Made by a program: the position numbers and the translations under genes. A stretch of 35,082 nt of DNA from Candidatus Omnitrophota bacterium (GTDB taxonomy: Bacteria; Verrucomicrobiota; Verrucomicrobiia; Limisphaerales; UBA1319). The stretch is taken from positions 1 to 35,082 of the forward strand of contig JAMCZD010000408.1 of assembly GCA_023473405.1 (NCBI GenBank). Reading direction: 5' to 3'. Positions 7,869-16,900 of the stretch are shown here, one piece after another (within the stretch, counting starts at the first letter, position 1; every line of letters starts with the position of its first letter). The notes under the pieces are model-generated. The model was not told where the DNA came from and did no database searches. It was given only the letters and a program-made list of their open reading frames with translations.

Positions 7869-9548
7869 ATGGTTGCCCGCGAAATTTTAGAAAAGATCAA
7901 GCAAAAATTCGGCCCCGCGATTCCACGCGCCGACCTGCCGGCGCCGGGCCGCCTGTTTATATTTGCGAATCCTTCCGCGCTGAAGGAAATCTGCCAATTC
8001 ATTTTCCATGATCTCAATGCGCGCTACGTCATCAGTATTGGCGCCGACGATCGACCCGTTTCGGGCCAGTTCATGGTGGCCCACAACTTTGCCTTTGATA
8101 ACCTTCACTTGTTATCGAGTGTCCTGACATACGTGGATGGCGAACCGCCCGTAGTCGACTCGATTTCCGGAGTGGTTCCGGCGGCCAATTGGGCTGAACG
8201 CGAGTTTCGGGACCTGGTCGGGATTCAACCCAAAGGCCATGCGTATCCGAAGCGCTTGATCCTGTCTGATGGCTGGCCCGAGGGGGTGCATCCATTGCGC
8301 AAGGATGTGCCTTGGAATTTTGTGCCGCCGAATTACGACGATCAAAAGGAATTCACCTTCGAGGACCCGCCCGAGGGTTGCGTGGTGGTTCCATTCGGGC
8401 CATTCCATCCCACGCTCGATGAACCGGCGCATTTCCGGCTTTACGTTGAGGGTGAAATGGTTCGGGGTTGCGAGTATCGCGGCTTCATGGCTCATCGCGG
8501 CATCGAGAAGCTGGCGGAATCGGTTCTGACCTACAACGAGATTCCGATGGCAGCCGAGCGCATCTGCGGCATCTGCGGCTGCGTTCACAACGTGGCTTAC
8601 GCCCAGGCGGTGGAACAGGCCGCGGCAATCCGTCCGCCGCCGCGCGCCGAGTATGTTCGCACGATCATGCTCGAAGTCGAGCGACTGCATAGCCACTTGC
8701 TCTGGGTAGGGTTGGCCAGTCACATCCTGGGCTTCGATACCCTGTTCATGCAGAGCTTCCGGATGCGCGAGCCGATCATGTGGATAGCCGAGAAGATCAG
8801 CGGCAACCGCAAGACTTACGCCCTCTGCACCATCGGCGGTGTGCGTTGGAACTTTACCCCGGAGCTCAAGGCTGAGTTGCGCCAGGTTCTCGATAAACTC
8901 GAAACCGAGTGGCGCGCCGCCGCCGATGCCATAAGCCGGGACCGCAACGTGCAGAAACGCACGCGCGGGATTGGCATTGCCGACCAGGCCTTGATTCGCA
9001 GGGCGGCCATGGTGGGACCGGTGGCACGCGCCGGCGGTGTGGACATCGATTGCCGCCGCGACCATCCCTATGCGGCCTATGACCAGGTCGAATTCAAGGT
9101 TATCGTCGAACCGGATGGCGATGTTTGGTCGCGCATTTTGGTCCGGGTGAAAGAAGTCTTTGAATCGATCAAGATTATCCGGCAATGCCTCGAAAAAATG
9201 CCCAATGGCCCCATCCAATTGGAAATCCGGGCCGAATTGCCGCCCGGCAGGATCGGCCTCTCATCGGTCGAAGCACCACGCGGTGAATCACATCATTTTG
9301 TCATAACCGGCGAGAATAACCGGCCGCGCCGGTGGCGGGTGCGGGCGCCAACATATCAAAACCTTCAGGGCATCCCGGCAATGATCAAAGACCAGCAATT
9401 GGCCGACATGACGATTACCCTGGGCAGCATCGACCCATGTTTCTCATGCACCGATCGGCTCGAGACCATTGACCTTCGTTCCGGACGGACCCGGGTGTAT
9501 TCGCAGGAGGAACTCGTCCGCCTGGTTCGCGCCCGAAAGGACTCATGA
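7869..9548 (+). CDS. hycE: Group-4 [NiFe]-hydrogenase large subunit, fused NuoC-NuoD type (HycE-like)
   Basis: 559 aa. N-terminal NuoC-like part ('ANWAEREFRDLVGIQPKGH'). NiFe ligand motifs L1 'RICGICGCVH' (8559-8588) and L2 'DPCFSCTDR' (9432-9458). A 29-aa C-terminal extension follows, typical of protease-processed HycE. Confidence 0.9.
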   Translation: MVAREILEKIKQKFGPAIPRADLPAPGRLFIFANPSALKEICQFIFHDLNARYVISIGADDRPVSGQFMVAHNFAFDNLHLLSSVLTYVDGEPPVVDSISGVVPAANWAEREFRDLVGIQPKGHAYPKRLILSDGWPEGVHPLRKDVPWNFVPPNYDDQKEFTFEDPPEGCVVVPFGPFHPTLDEPAHFRLYVEGEMVRGCEYRGFMAHRGIEKLAESVLTYNEIPMAAERICGICGCVHNVAYAQAVEQAAAIRPPPRAEYVRTIMLEVERLHSHLLWVGLASHILGFDTLFMQSFRMREPIMWIAEKISGNRKTYALCTIGGVRWNFTPELKAELRQVLDKLETEWRAAADAISRDRNVQKRTRGIGIADQALIRRAAMVGPVARAGGVDIDCRRDHPYAAYDQVEFKVIVEPDGDVWSRILVRVKEVFESIKIIRQCLEKMPNGPIQLEIRAELPPGRIGLSSVEAPRGESHHFVITGENNRPRRWRVRAPTYQNLQGIPAMIKDQQLADMTITLGSIDPCFSCTDRLETIDLRSGRTRVYSQEELVRLVRARKDS

Positions 9549-9579
9549 ACGAAATGGATTGCCTTGCCGAAAGGAAACT

Positions 9580-10506
9580 ATGAAGCCTGACTTGATAAAC
9601 ACGCTGGGTGGCGGTCTGCTGAACGTCCTGATCCTTCTGGTCACGGCACCGTTTTTCGAAGGTGTTCTGCGCAAGATCACCGCCATGATTCAGTCGCGCC
9701 AGGGACCGCCTCTCCTGCAGCCTTACTTCGACCTGCTTAAGCTGCTTGGAAAAGACGACCTCGAATCGGGGGAAAGCCCCGGCATGCAACGGTTTGCCGC
9801 TTGCTTGTCTCTTGCCTCCATTTTGGCCGTGGCGTGGCTTGTGCCGATGGTCGGGTGGCCGCCGCTGAACGGGGCGGGAGACGTTATTCTCCTGGTTTAC
9901 CTGCTGACCTTATGCTGCGTCTCGACTTTATTGGCGGGACTGGCTGCCGGCTCGACTTATTCGCTCATGGGCATAAGCCGTGAAATGATGACCATGATCA
10001 CGCTCGAACCGTTGTTCGTCGTTGCCATACTGGTCGGCGCGGTTCATACCCGGTCATTGCGGCTCGACGAGGTGCTCAGTGGATCGGTTTATGCAGCCGG
10101 GCATTTTCCATGGTCGGGTTGGATCATGCTGGTGGTCTTGCTGATTTCATTTCAGGCCTTGGTGAACCGCGTGCCTTTCGACATCGCCGAGGCGGAAACC
10201 GAGATCATGGAAGGGCCGCTGATGGAATACTCGGGGCCCAAGCTGGCCCTGTTCAAGTACGCGCAAATGTCGAAGCTCGTGGTATACAGCGCGCTATTCA
10301 TCGGTCTGTTCGTTCCCTGGGGATCGGGGCTGCCGTTCCCGGCGAACCTGTGCGTGTTTTGGCTCAAGATATTCGTGGTGGTTCTAGGCGTTACGCTGGT
10401 GGCAGCAACCCACGCGCGATATCGCATTGACCAGGCGATTCGTTACTTTGCCGGGTTATTGGGAGTAGCGTTCATTGCCCTGGTTCTTGCCGTTTATGGC
10501 TATTAA
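9580..10506 (+). CDS. hycD: Membrane subunit HycD/NuoH family
   Basis: I moved the start to ATG 9580 (MKPDLINTL...), which is preceded by AAGGAAA. The 9469 start would overlap hycE. Motifs: 'QSRQGPPLLQPYFDLLKLL' and 'PFDIAEAETEI' (NuoH/HycD). Polytopic hydrophobic profile. Confidence 0.85.
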   Translation: MKPDLINTLGGGLLNVLILLVTAPFFEGVLRKITAMIQSRQGPPLLQPYFDLLKLLGKDDLESGESPGMQRFAACLSLASILAVAWLVPMVGWPPLNGAGDVILLVYLLTLCCVSTLLAGLAAGSTYSLMGISREMMTMITLEPLFVVAILVGAVHTRSLRLDEVLSGSVYAAGHFPWSGWIMLVVLLISFQALVNRVPFDIAEAETEIMEGPLMEYSGPKLALFKYAQMSKLVVYSALFIGLFVPWGSGLPFPANLCVFWLKIFVVVLGVTLVAATHARYRIDQAIRYFAGLLGVAFIALVLAVYGY

Positions 10507-10575
10507 ACCTTGGCGGTATGAGATTGTCGTTGTCCAAAACCGGGTAATCCAAAACGTTTTTGATCGAGGTGCAAG

Positions 10576-11103
10576 ATGTCCGTAATCAGCAAATTTAAAG
10601 AGGCGTTGATCTGCCTGAAGGCAGGCCGGGTGACCCTGCCGTATCCCGCCAAGGCCAATCCGCCCCCCACCAGGTTCCGCGGCCGGCCCAAATTCGACGC
10701 CGCCAAGTGCATAGGTTGCGCCGGTTGCGCAAATAATTGTCCCTCCCGCGAAATCCTCGTGTTCGATGTTTGCCAGGAGATTCGCATTTTGAAATACCTG
10801 GGACGCCGCTGCACTTATTGCGGACGTTGCGCCGACGTGTGTCCGGAAAAGGCCATCACCATGACCAACGAATTCGAGAATGCAACCGACCGGATTCACG
10901 ATCTGGAGCAGCACCTCGAGTTATTCATGAGCACCTGCCAGCGATGCGGGCGTTGTTTCGAAGAACCCAGCCCGCTCGAACAATTGATGTTGAAAGGCTA
11001 TCGCTTCGACGACCTGGCCGATGAGCGCTGGGTCTTCCGGTCCCGTGCCTACCTGGAAAACGCGCCGGTGGTTCAAGACATTGACATCCAATTCGATCCG
11101 TGA
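10576..11103 (+). CDS. hycF: 2x[4Fe-4S] ferredoxin-like subunit HycF/NuoI family
   Basis: 'CIGCAGCANNCP' and 'CTYCGRCADVCP' motifs, plus an extra 'CQRCGRC'. At 175 aa it is similar in size to HycF. Confidence 0.8.
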   Translation: MSVISKFKEALICLKAGRVTLPYPAKANPPPTRFRGRPKFDAAKCIGCAGCANNCPSREILVFDVCQEIRILKYLGRRCTYCGRCADVCPEKAITMTNEFENATDRIHDLEQHLELFMSTCQRCGRCFEEPSPLEQLMLKGYRFDDLADERWVFRSRAYLENAPVVQDIDIQFDP

Positions 11104-11146
11104 TCCAACGGGCCGCTCGATTCGAGCGGACCAAGTCCTGTAAGTT

Positions 11147-11683
11147 ATGTTAAAGAATTTGTGCCAGAGAATGTTTGCCCGGTCACTCTGGGTGTATCAT
11201 GCCAACAGCGGGGGCTGCAACGGCTGCGACATCGAGGTGCTGAACGTGTTGACGCCCTACTACGACGTTGAGCGGTTCGGGATCAAACTCGTCGGTTCAC
11301 CCCGTCACGCGGATGTCATGCTGTGCCAGGGACCTGCTCTGCGCACTACTTCCAAGGCGCTCCGGCGCGCTTACGAGGCTATGCCCAGCCCGAAATTGGT
11401 TTTTGCCATTGGTTCCTGCGCATGCGGCGGCGGTCTGTGGTATGACACCTACAATGTCATCGGCCCCATTGAAAAGATCATCCCCGTCAATTATTTTATA
11501 CCCGGCTGCCCGCCGCAGCCTGAGGCAATCATTTATGGGGCGGCGGTCGCGCTGGGCCTGGTGGACAAGAAGGTGGCGCCGGTGCAATTCAAGCAATACG
11601 AACTGCCCATCCCCAGGTACCACCCGAAAGACCTGCGCCAGGCCGATGATATGGTAATTTACGAAAAGACCGAGCACGTCTAA
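11147..11683 (+). CDS. hycG: Group-4 [NiFe]-hydrogenase small subunit HycG/NuoB family
   Basis: Proximal-cluster cysteines 'GGCNGCDIE', 'GSCACGGG' and 'IPGCPP'. 178 aa. Confidence 0.85.
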   Translation: MLKNLCQRMFARSLWVYHANSGGCNGCDIEVLNVLTPYYDVERFGIKLVGSPRHADVMLCQGPALRTTSKALRRAYEAMPSPKLVFAIGSCACGGGLWYDTYNVIGPIEKIIPVNYFIPGCPPQPEAIIYGAAVALGLVDKKVAPVQFKQYELPIPRYHPKDLRQADDMVIYEKTEHV

Positions 11684-11685
11684 CC

Positions 11686-12024
11686 ATGCACGAGTTTCCC
11701 GAAGTCCAACAATTGGTGCGGGACGCCTTAACGCGTGTTCCCCAATCGAAACGCATCAGGCGTTTGGTAATCGCCATAGGTGAGGCTTCGGGGATCACGC
11801 CCGAAGGCATTGAGCATCACTTCCCCGCCGCAGCTCGAGGAACCCCGGCTGAGAACGCCGTCCTGGAATTCCAGCGCGAGAAACTGGCGGCACGCTGCGC
11901 TCATTGCGCCGCCGAGTTCAAGCCCCAGGGCATGGCGTTGGCTTGCCCACAATGCGGTTCAACTGAACTAACGATAACCGGGGGGCAAGGCGTGCGGTTG
12001 GCCGACATCGAAATCGGTTCCTGA
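11686..12024 (+). CDS. hypA: Hydrogenase nickel-insertion protein HypA
   Basis: N-terminal 'MHE' nickel motif and zinc site 'CAHC...CPQC'. 112 aa. It starts 2 nt after the hycG stop. Confidence 0.85.
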   Translation: MHEFPEVQQLVRDALTRVPQSKRIRRLVIAIGEASGITPEGIEHHFPAAARGTPAENAVLEFQREKLAARCAHCAAEFKPQGMALACPQCGSTELTITGGQGVRLADIEIGS

Positions 12025-12087
12025 ATTCAAAATATATTCCATTGGAAATCACTACCGCGCCGTTGACTCTGTGGTTATCATCGCCGC

Positions 12088-13065
12088 ATGAAACACACAA
12101 GTCTATCGGTCGTCCTCGTCATTTCATGGCTTTCCACCGGCGTCCTTTCCGCTGATCTGCGTGTTGGCATGATCGGTTTGGATACCTCGCACGTCATCGC
12201 CTTTACCAAGCTATTGAATGATTCCGGCGACAAGAATCACGTCCCGGGCGCTCGAGTCGTCGCCGCAGTCAAAGGCGGCAGTCCGGACATCGAGTCCAGT
12301 TGGAGCCGTTTGGAGGGTTACACCCGGCAGTTGCAAAACGATTTTGGGGTGAAGATCGTCGAAACCGTCGATGATCTATGCCGCCAGGTGGACGCGGTCA
12401 TGATCGAGAGTGTCGATGGCCGTCCGCACCTCGAGCAGGCGCGTCCGGTAATTTTGGCGGGCAAACCGGTCTTTATTGACAAACCGGTTGCCGGCTCGCT
12501 GCGTGACGCCATTGCTATCTATCGGTTGGCCAAGGAACATGGCGTCCCCTGTTTTAGCGCGTCCTCTTACCGCTTTTACGATGGCCTGGTCAAGCTGCGG
12601 CAGACCGACGTCGGCAAAATCCGAGGAGCGATTTCCTATGGTCCGTGCTATCTCGAACCGCATCATCCGGACCTGTTTTGGTACGGGGTGCACCCCACGG
12701 AAGCATTGTTTGCCGTACTCGGAACCGGCTGCCAAAGCGTTGTCCGCACTTCCACGCCCGACACCGACGTCGTTACCGGCACCTGGTCCGATGGCCGGAT
12801 CGGGATACTCTATGGAATCCGCAATGCCAGCAGCCCGCACAAGGTGATAGTCTTCGGCACCCAGAAGGTCGCCGAACAACAGGGCGACGGCGATTACACC
12901 CCGCTGGTCCGCGAGATTGTCAAGTTCTTCCAAACCGGTATTGCGCCGGCATCGCCGGAAGAAACCCTGGAAATCTTCGCCTTCATGGAAGCCGCCGACC
13001 AAAGCAAACGGGATGGGGGATGCCCGGTGCGAATCAGTGACGTGATGCAAAAGAATCGCGAATAG
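12088..13065 (+). CDS. Secreted Gfo/Idh/MocA-family oxidoreductase
   Basis: Signal-peptide-like N-terminus 'MKHTSLSVVLVISWLSTGVLSA'. A Rossmann start 'LRVGMIGLDTSH' and 'VFIDKPVA' follow, typical of the family. Confidence 0.6.
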   Translation: MKHTSLSVVLVISWLSTGVLSADLRVGMIGLDTSHVIAFTKLLNDSGDKNHVPGARVVAAVKGGSPDIESSWSRLEGYTRQLQNDFGVKIVETVDDLCRQVDAVMIESVDGRPHLEQARPVILAGKPVFIDKPVAGSLRDAIAIYRLAKEHGVPCFSASSYRFYDGLVKLRQTDVGKIRGAISYGPCYLEPHHPDLFWYGVHPTEALFAVLGTGCQSVVRTSTPDTDVVTGTWSDGRIGILYGIRNASSPHKVIVFGTQKVAEQQGDGDYTPLVREIVKFFQTGIAPASPEETLEIFAFMEAADQSKRDGGCPVRISDVMQKNRE

Positions 13066-13080
13066 CCGCCGCGCGTGGGG

Positions 13081-13665
13081 TTACTTTTCCCCCAACGTCA
13101 GCCGCAGGGTGGTCATATAGTTGCGCGAGACGGGTCCGATTTGAAAGTGGCTTGCCGACAAGGCCAGCCTCCGGAAGATCGCATCATACTCGGCGGCGCT
13201 TATCGGCCAGCAGCCAAGTAACCCTGCCGCCACTTGCCAGACGTAGTAATGCAACGCGTTAAATGATTTACCATCGGGCCGGCGGCGCAGATTCGAGTAG
13301 ACCTCCTCGAATTGACCGTCGGTCTGATCACCAAAGGCGTCGCCAAAGGTGAATAAATGCTTTTCAATAAAGTAGAATAAGGGCATGTATGCCGGTGGCG
13401 GACCCTTGTCCATCTCGCCGGGGGACGGTTTTTCTCTGCGGTATAACGCGCGTAGCGACGGCACTACCCAAAGGGCTGCCTTTTCCCCATCATACACCAA
13501 GACTTCGTCGCGCGCAGCGAGGTCCATTTTGTCTCTAATCATCTTCAAGCCGACCGTCAGCTTCCGATCATTGAGACCATCGGCGCGCACCACTTCCCTC
13601 AGTGTAGGATGCAGGTCTATCGCATCCATCACTGCTTGCACTTCCCGAACCTCGTCTTCTTTCAT
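13081..13665 (-). CDS. Hypothetical protein with no domain I recognise
   Basis: ORF 13081..13692 on the - strand. The track start at 13692 is a TTG. The ATG at 13665 is preceded by AAGAGG-N6 and is preferred (MKEDEVREVQ...). It is convergent with the Gfo gene (15-nt gap) and divergent from the giant gene. Confidence 0.55.
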   Translation of the reverse strand: MKEDEVREVQAVMDAIDLHPTLREVVRADGLNDRKLTVGLKMIRDKMDLAARDEVLVYDGEKAALWVVPSLRALYRREKPSPGEMDKGPPPAYMPLFYFIEKHLFTFGDAFGDQTDGQFEEVYSNLRRRPDGKSFNALHYYVWQVAAGLLGCWPISAAEYDAIFRRLALSASHFQIGPVSRNYMTTLRLTLGEK

Positions 13666-13901
13666 AGAATGCCTCTTATTGTACCTCACCAAGCTTTCGA
13701 TGCAACGTTTGTCTTGAATCCGCCCTGCCTTCCCCGCAAAGAAGAGCGGGGCAGACCTCCGATTTGCCGGTTAGCCGGGCCTCCGGCCCGGAGTCTCGGC
13801 ATCCCCAAAAGCGTCGAGCCAGAGGCTCCATGAACCGGCAGACCGGAGGTCCGTCCTACTCTTCGGCCTGAACAGTAAAAATATTTTGTTATTAGCTTGC
13901 A

Positions 13902-16900
13902 TTGATCAATGAACGCGTTAATTTGTTGCTCATAACAGGCACGAACATTGAATACGTGCGTACTCAGCCCGGAAACAACAAATTCGACCTGGAGGCTCTA
14001 GAGCCGCGTGTATTGCTTTCCGCCGATGGCACCGCTGGTCTCCTCGCGCAAAACCTGCCTCCCGGTTCGAGCCCTTCCCCTTCGGATGCTACGGAAGTAA
14101 TCATCGCCGAGATCGCTACTCCGGAACAGGATTGGGCTGCCGACGACTCCAAGGTCGCTTCCCGGGTTTCCGATATTTTTCAGGGTGTAATCCCCGAACC
14201 CATGTCCGCTCCCGCCAAAGAGACCGGGCAATCGGAGGATCGCCTCGAACAAGAACAGCCACTCGAGGAGGAGCCTGGCAAGCCGAACCCAACGGATAGC
14301 CCCGCTGAAAACGAACGGGGCATTTTTATAGGCACCTCGGAGGCGCGCGGCCGTTCGACTTTGGAGCAACTGACCGAGACACTTCGTTCCGCAAACGGCC
14401 CTCCGGCCGGTAATGCGGACGTGGTCCAGGCGGGTTTGGATTCCGGCGGCACAAATGATTCGGGAACAAGTCTCGAGACGCGCAGGCTAGTCAAACTGGC
14501 CGGCGGTGCGATGGGCGTAGAGGCGGCGCAAACGCCCGTCATTGTCCCGGGCGCACAGGCTGCCATCGATTCGGGTTTGAATAGTCTATCGCAGATTGGA
14601 AATTACCTTGATGGCGCAGGCGTCTTTGCCAAAGATTTACCGCTGGTTGGCATCAGCCTGGGAGACTTAGTCCAAGCCGGTTCTACTATTACTAATTCGA
14701 TCAAGTCCCAGATCAGCAGTCTCTGGGCCAGCCTGCCAACGGAGTCCGATGTAACTGACGCCATCCAGTCGTGGAATAACACAGTAGTCGCGGGGATCAC
14801 TATCACGGTCAACAGTGTTGCGGGTCATTATGGCGCTACTGATTCCGACCCATTCTGGTGGGACATCGATTTGGACTTGTCGCCCGCGCCGGTCAACCAA
14901 GCCCTGCAAAACATCAGTGGAGCATTGCTCGATGCCGCTTTTAGCTCTGCCCCGTCGGTCCAAGTCGAGAGCAAACTGAACCTGGACTTTGGCTTTGGCT
15001 ACGATAGTGGGTTCTTTTTGAAGTTGGACCATCTTACCGCTGAGGCAAGCGTAAATGTGGGTGGCTTGAGCGGGTTCCCGTTCAACCTGGCGCCTCCGGG
15101 AGGGCCGCTTTCGCTAACTGTGTCCAACGGTTCAGTGAACCTAACCGCTTCATTAAGCGCTACACCGGACGACAGTATTCTGAGTCCTAACGCCCTGACC
15201 GGCCCTCGGATCAGCGCCGCAACCTTGTCAACGGTAGCCGGCAGCGCGACCAACGTCGCCGATGCCTTCAACTTTGCCAAGTCCGGTTCGCTGGATGCGT
15301 TGTTTGCCTTGAACGGCGTCCTGATCGGTTACGCGGTCAATTTCTCGGGCACGCACACGATTCATATCCATACGGACAACCTCTTCGAGGACACGGAACC
15401 CGATTTGACGATGGTGGTTAATGGCTCGATACAAGCCCTGAACCAAACGATCACCGGCACGTTTACCCTCAAGAAAACCGCCACGGAAACGGTGCTCGAA
15501 ACGGCTAATGCAACCTTGGACTTGAATCTGGGCGCCGGCGGCTTCCAAAAGCGGGTCCTGCGGGCCGAGAACGGCACAGGCGCATTTCTCTTAATCGGAG
15601 AGGATTTTGCCGGCACGGCTTCCCTAACGATCACTCAAGGGCCCGATATACCCAACCTCAGCCTTTCCCACACCGAGGTGAATCTGGCGGTGAATACCTC
15701 CGGCGATTCCATTGCCACAATTGATGGCGGCACAGTTAATCTGCCTGCGGGGCCCTATTACCGGGTTTCGGGTCATGCGGCTGTTTCTTTGACGACCCCT
15801 CAAGCCAACTTGACGGCGGACGCCGTGTTTGAACCAAGGGATACCGATTCGAATCCGGCCAATGGTAACGAGGAAGTCGTGGTCGGCGTGGCCAACCTGG
15901 CTTTTAACCTCGGCGATGGTTCTGAGACTCTACTCGAGGTGTCAAACGGCTCCGGGGCGTTCGTGATCAGTCCCACCGGGATCACGGGCGTGGCCGTGGC
16001 GGAGGCGGCCCTCTCAGTTCCTGCGCTCGACTTGACGGGCGCGTTCACGGTGCTGCTTAACGACACCAATGCCTCATTCGCCGCCCGCGTGATCGAGGTC
16101 AATGGGGCGGCGGTGAGTATTCCGGCGCTGCCAAGCGGACCGTATCTTCGAGTCAGCGCTACCGGCGCGGTTGCGGGGCAACCCGCGCAATTAAGCGTGT
16201 TGGGTATCATGCTGAGCGGCGATTTCGTGTTCGAACGTAAGACGACCAATCATGGCAACCAGGTCGTCACTGTGGCGGCGGCAAATGTCAGTTTCAATCT
16301 CGGCTCGCTCACCAGCAATCTGATTAACGTTACCAACGGTTCGGGCGTATTCATCGTCACCGCGGATGGCATGGCGGGGCAAGGCAGCGTGGAGGTTGCT
16401 CTCGGTGTGCCCAATCTTGGTCTGAGCGGCTCGTTCTCGATTCGCCTTAATAACAACGCCAATGCCATTGACGAGACGGTGGATGTGAGCGGAAGCAACC
16501 AGCACATCGACCTCCCCGCCGGCCCCTACCTTCAGGTCAACGGAACGGGGGTCACCCTCACAGCGTTTGGGATTGCAATGACCGGCGACTACAGTTTCGA
16601 ACAACACCAAACGGCCGAGGGCGTCCAGTTGATTACGGTTCAAGCCAACAATGTCAGTTTTGACTTCGGCACCAGCGTCATCGAGGCGAATCATGGCCAG
16701 GCCCTTTTCCTGATAACGGATTCGGGCATGGCGGGACAAGGTTCGATTGACGTCGGCGTTCAGGCCTTTGGCGCCGGCTTTAACCAGCCATTCGATTGGT
16801 CATTCAACAACCTGACGGTACCGGTTGACGACTCCGTAAACACCGGGCCGGCCCCGGCGGCGTTTATTCCCGCACCGGGTTCGTCTGTCTTTTCAAACGG

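Noticed and set aside
12025-12087. Possible terminator or promoter between hypA and the Gfo/Idh/MocA gene
   Set aside because: I found only a 4-bp stem (TTCC-ATT-GGAA) and no T-tract. There is no convincing -35/-10 pair either.
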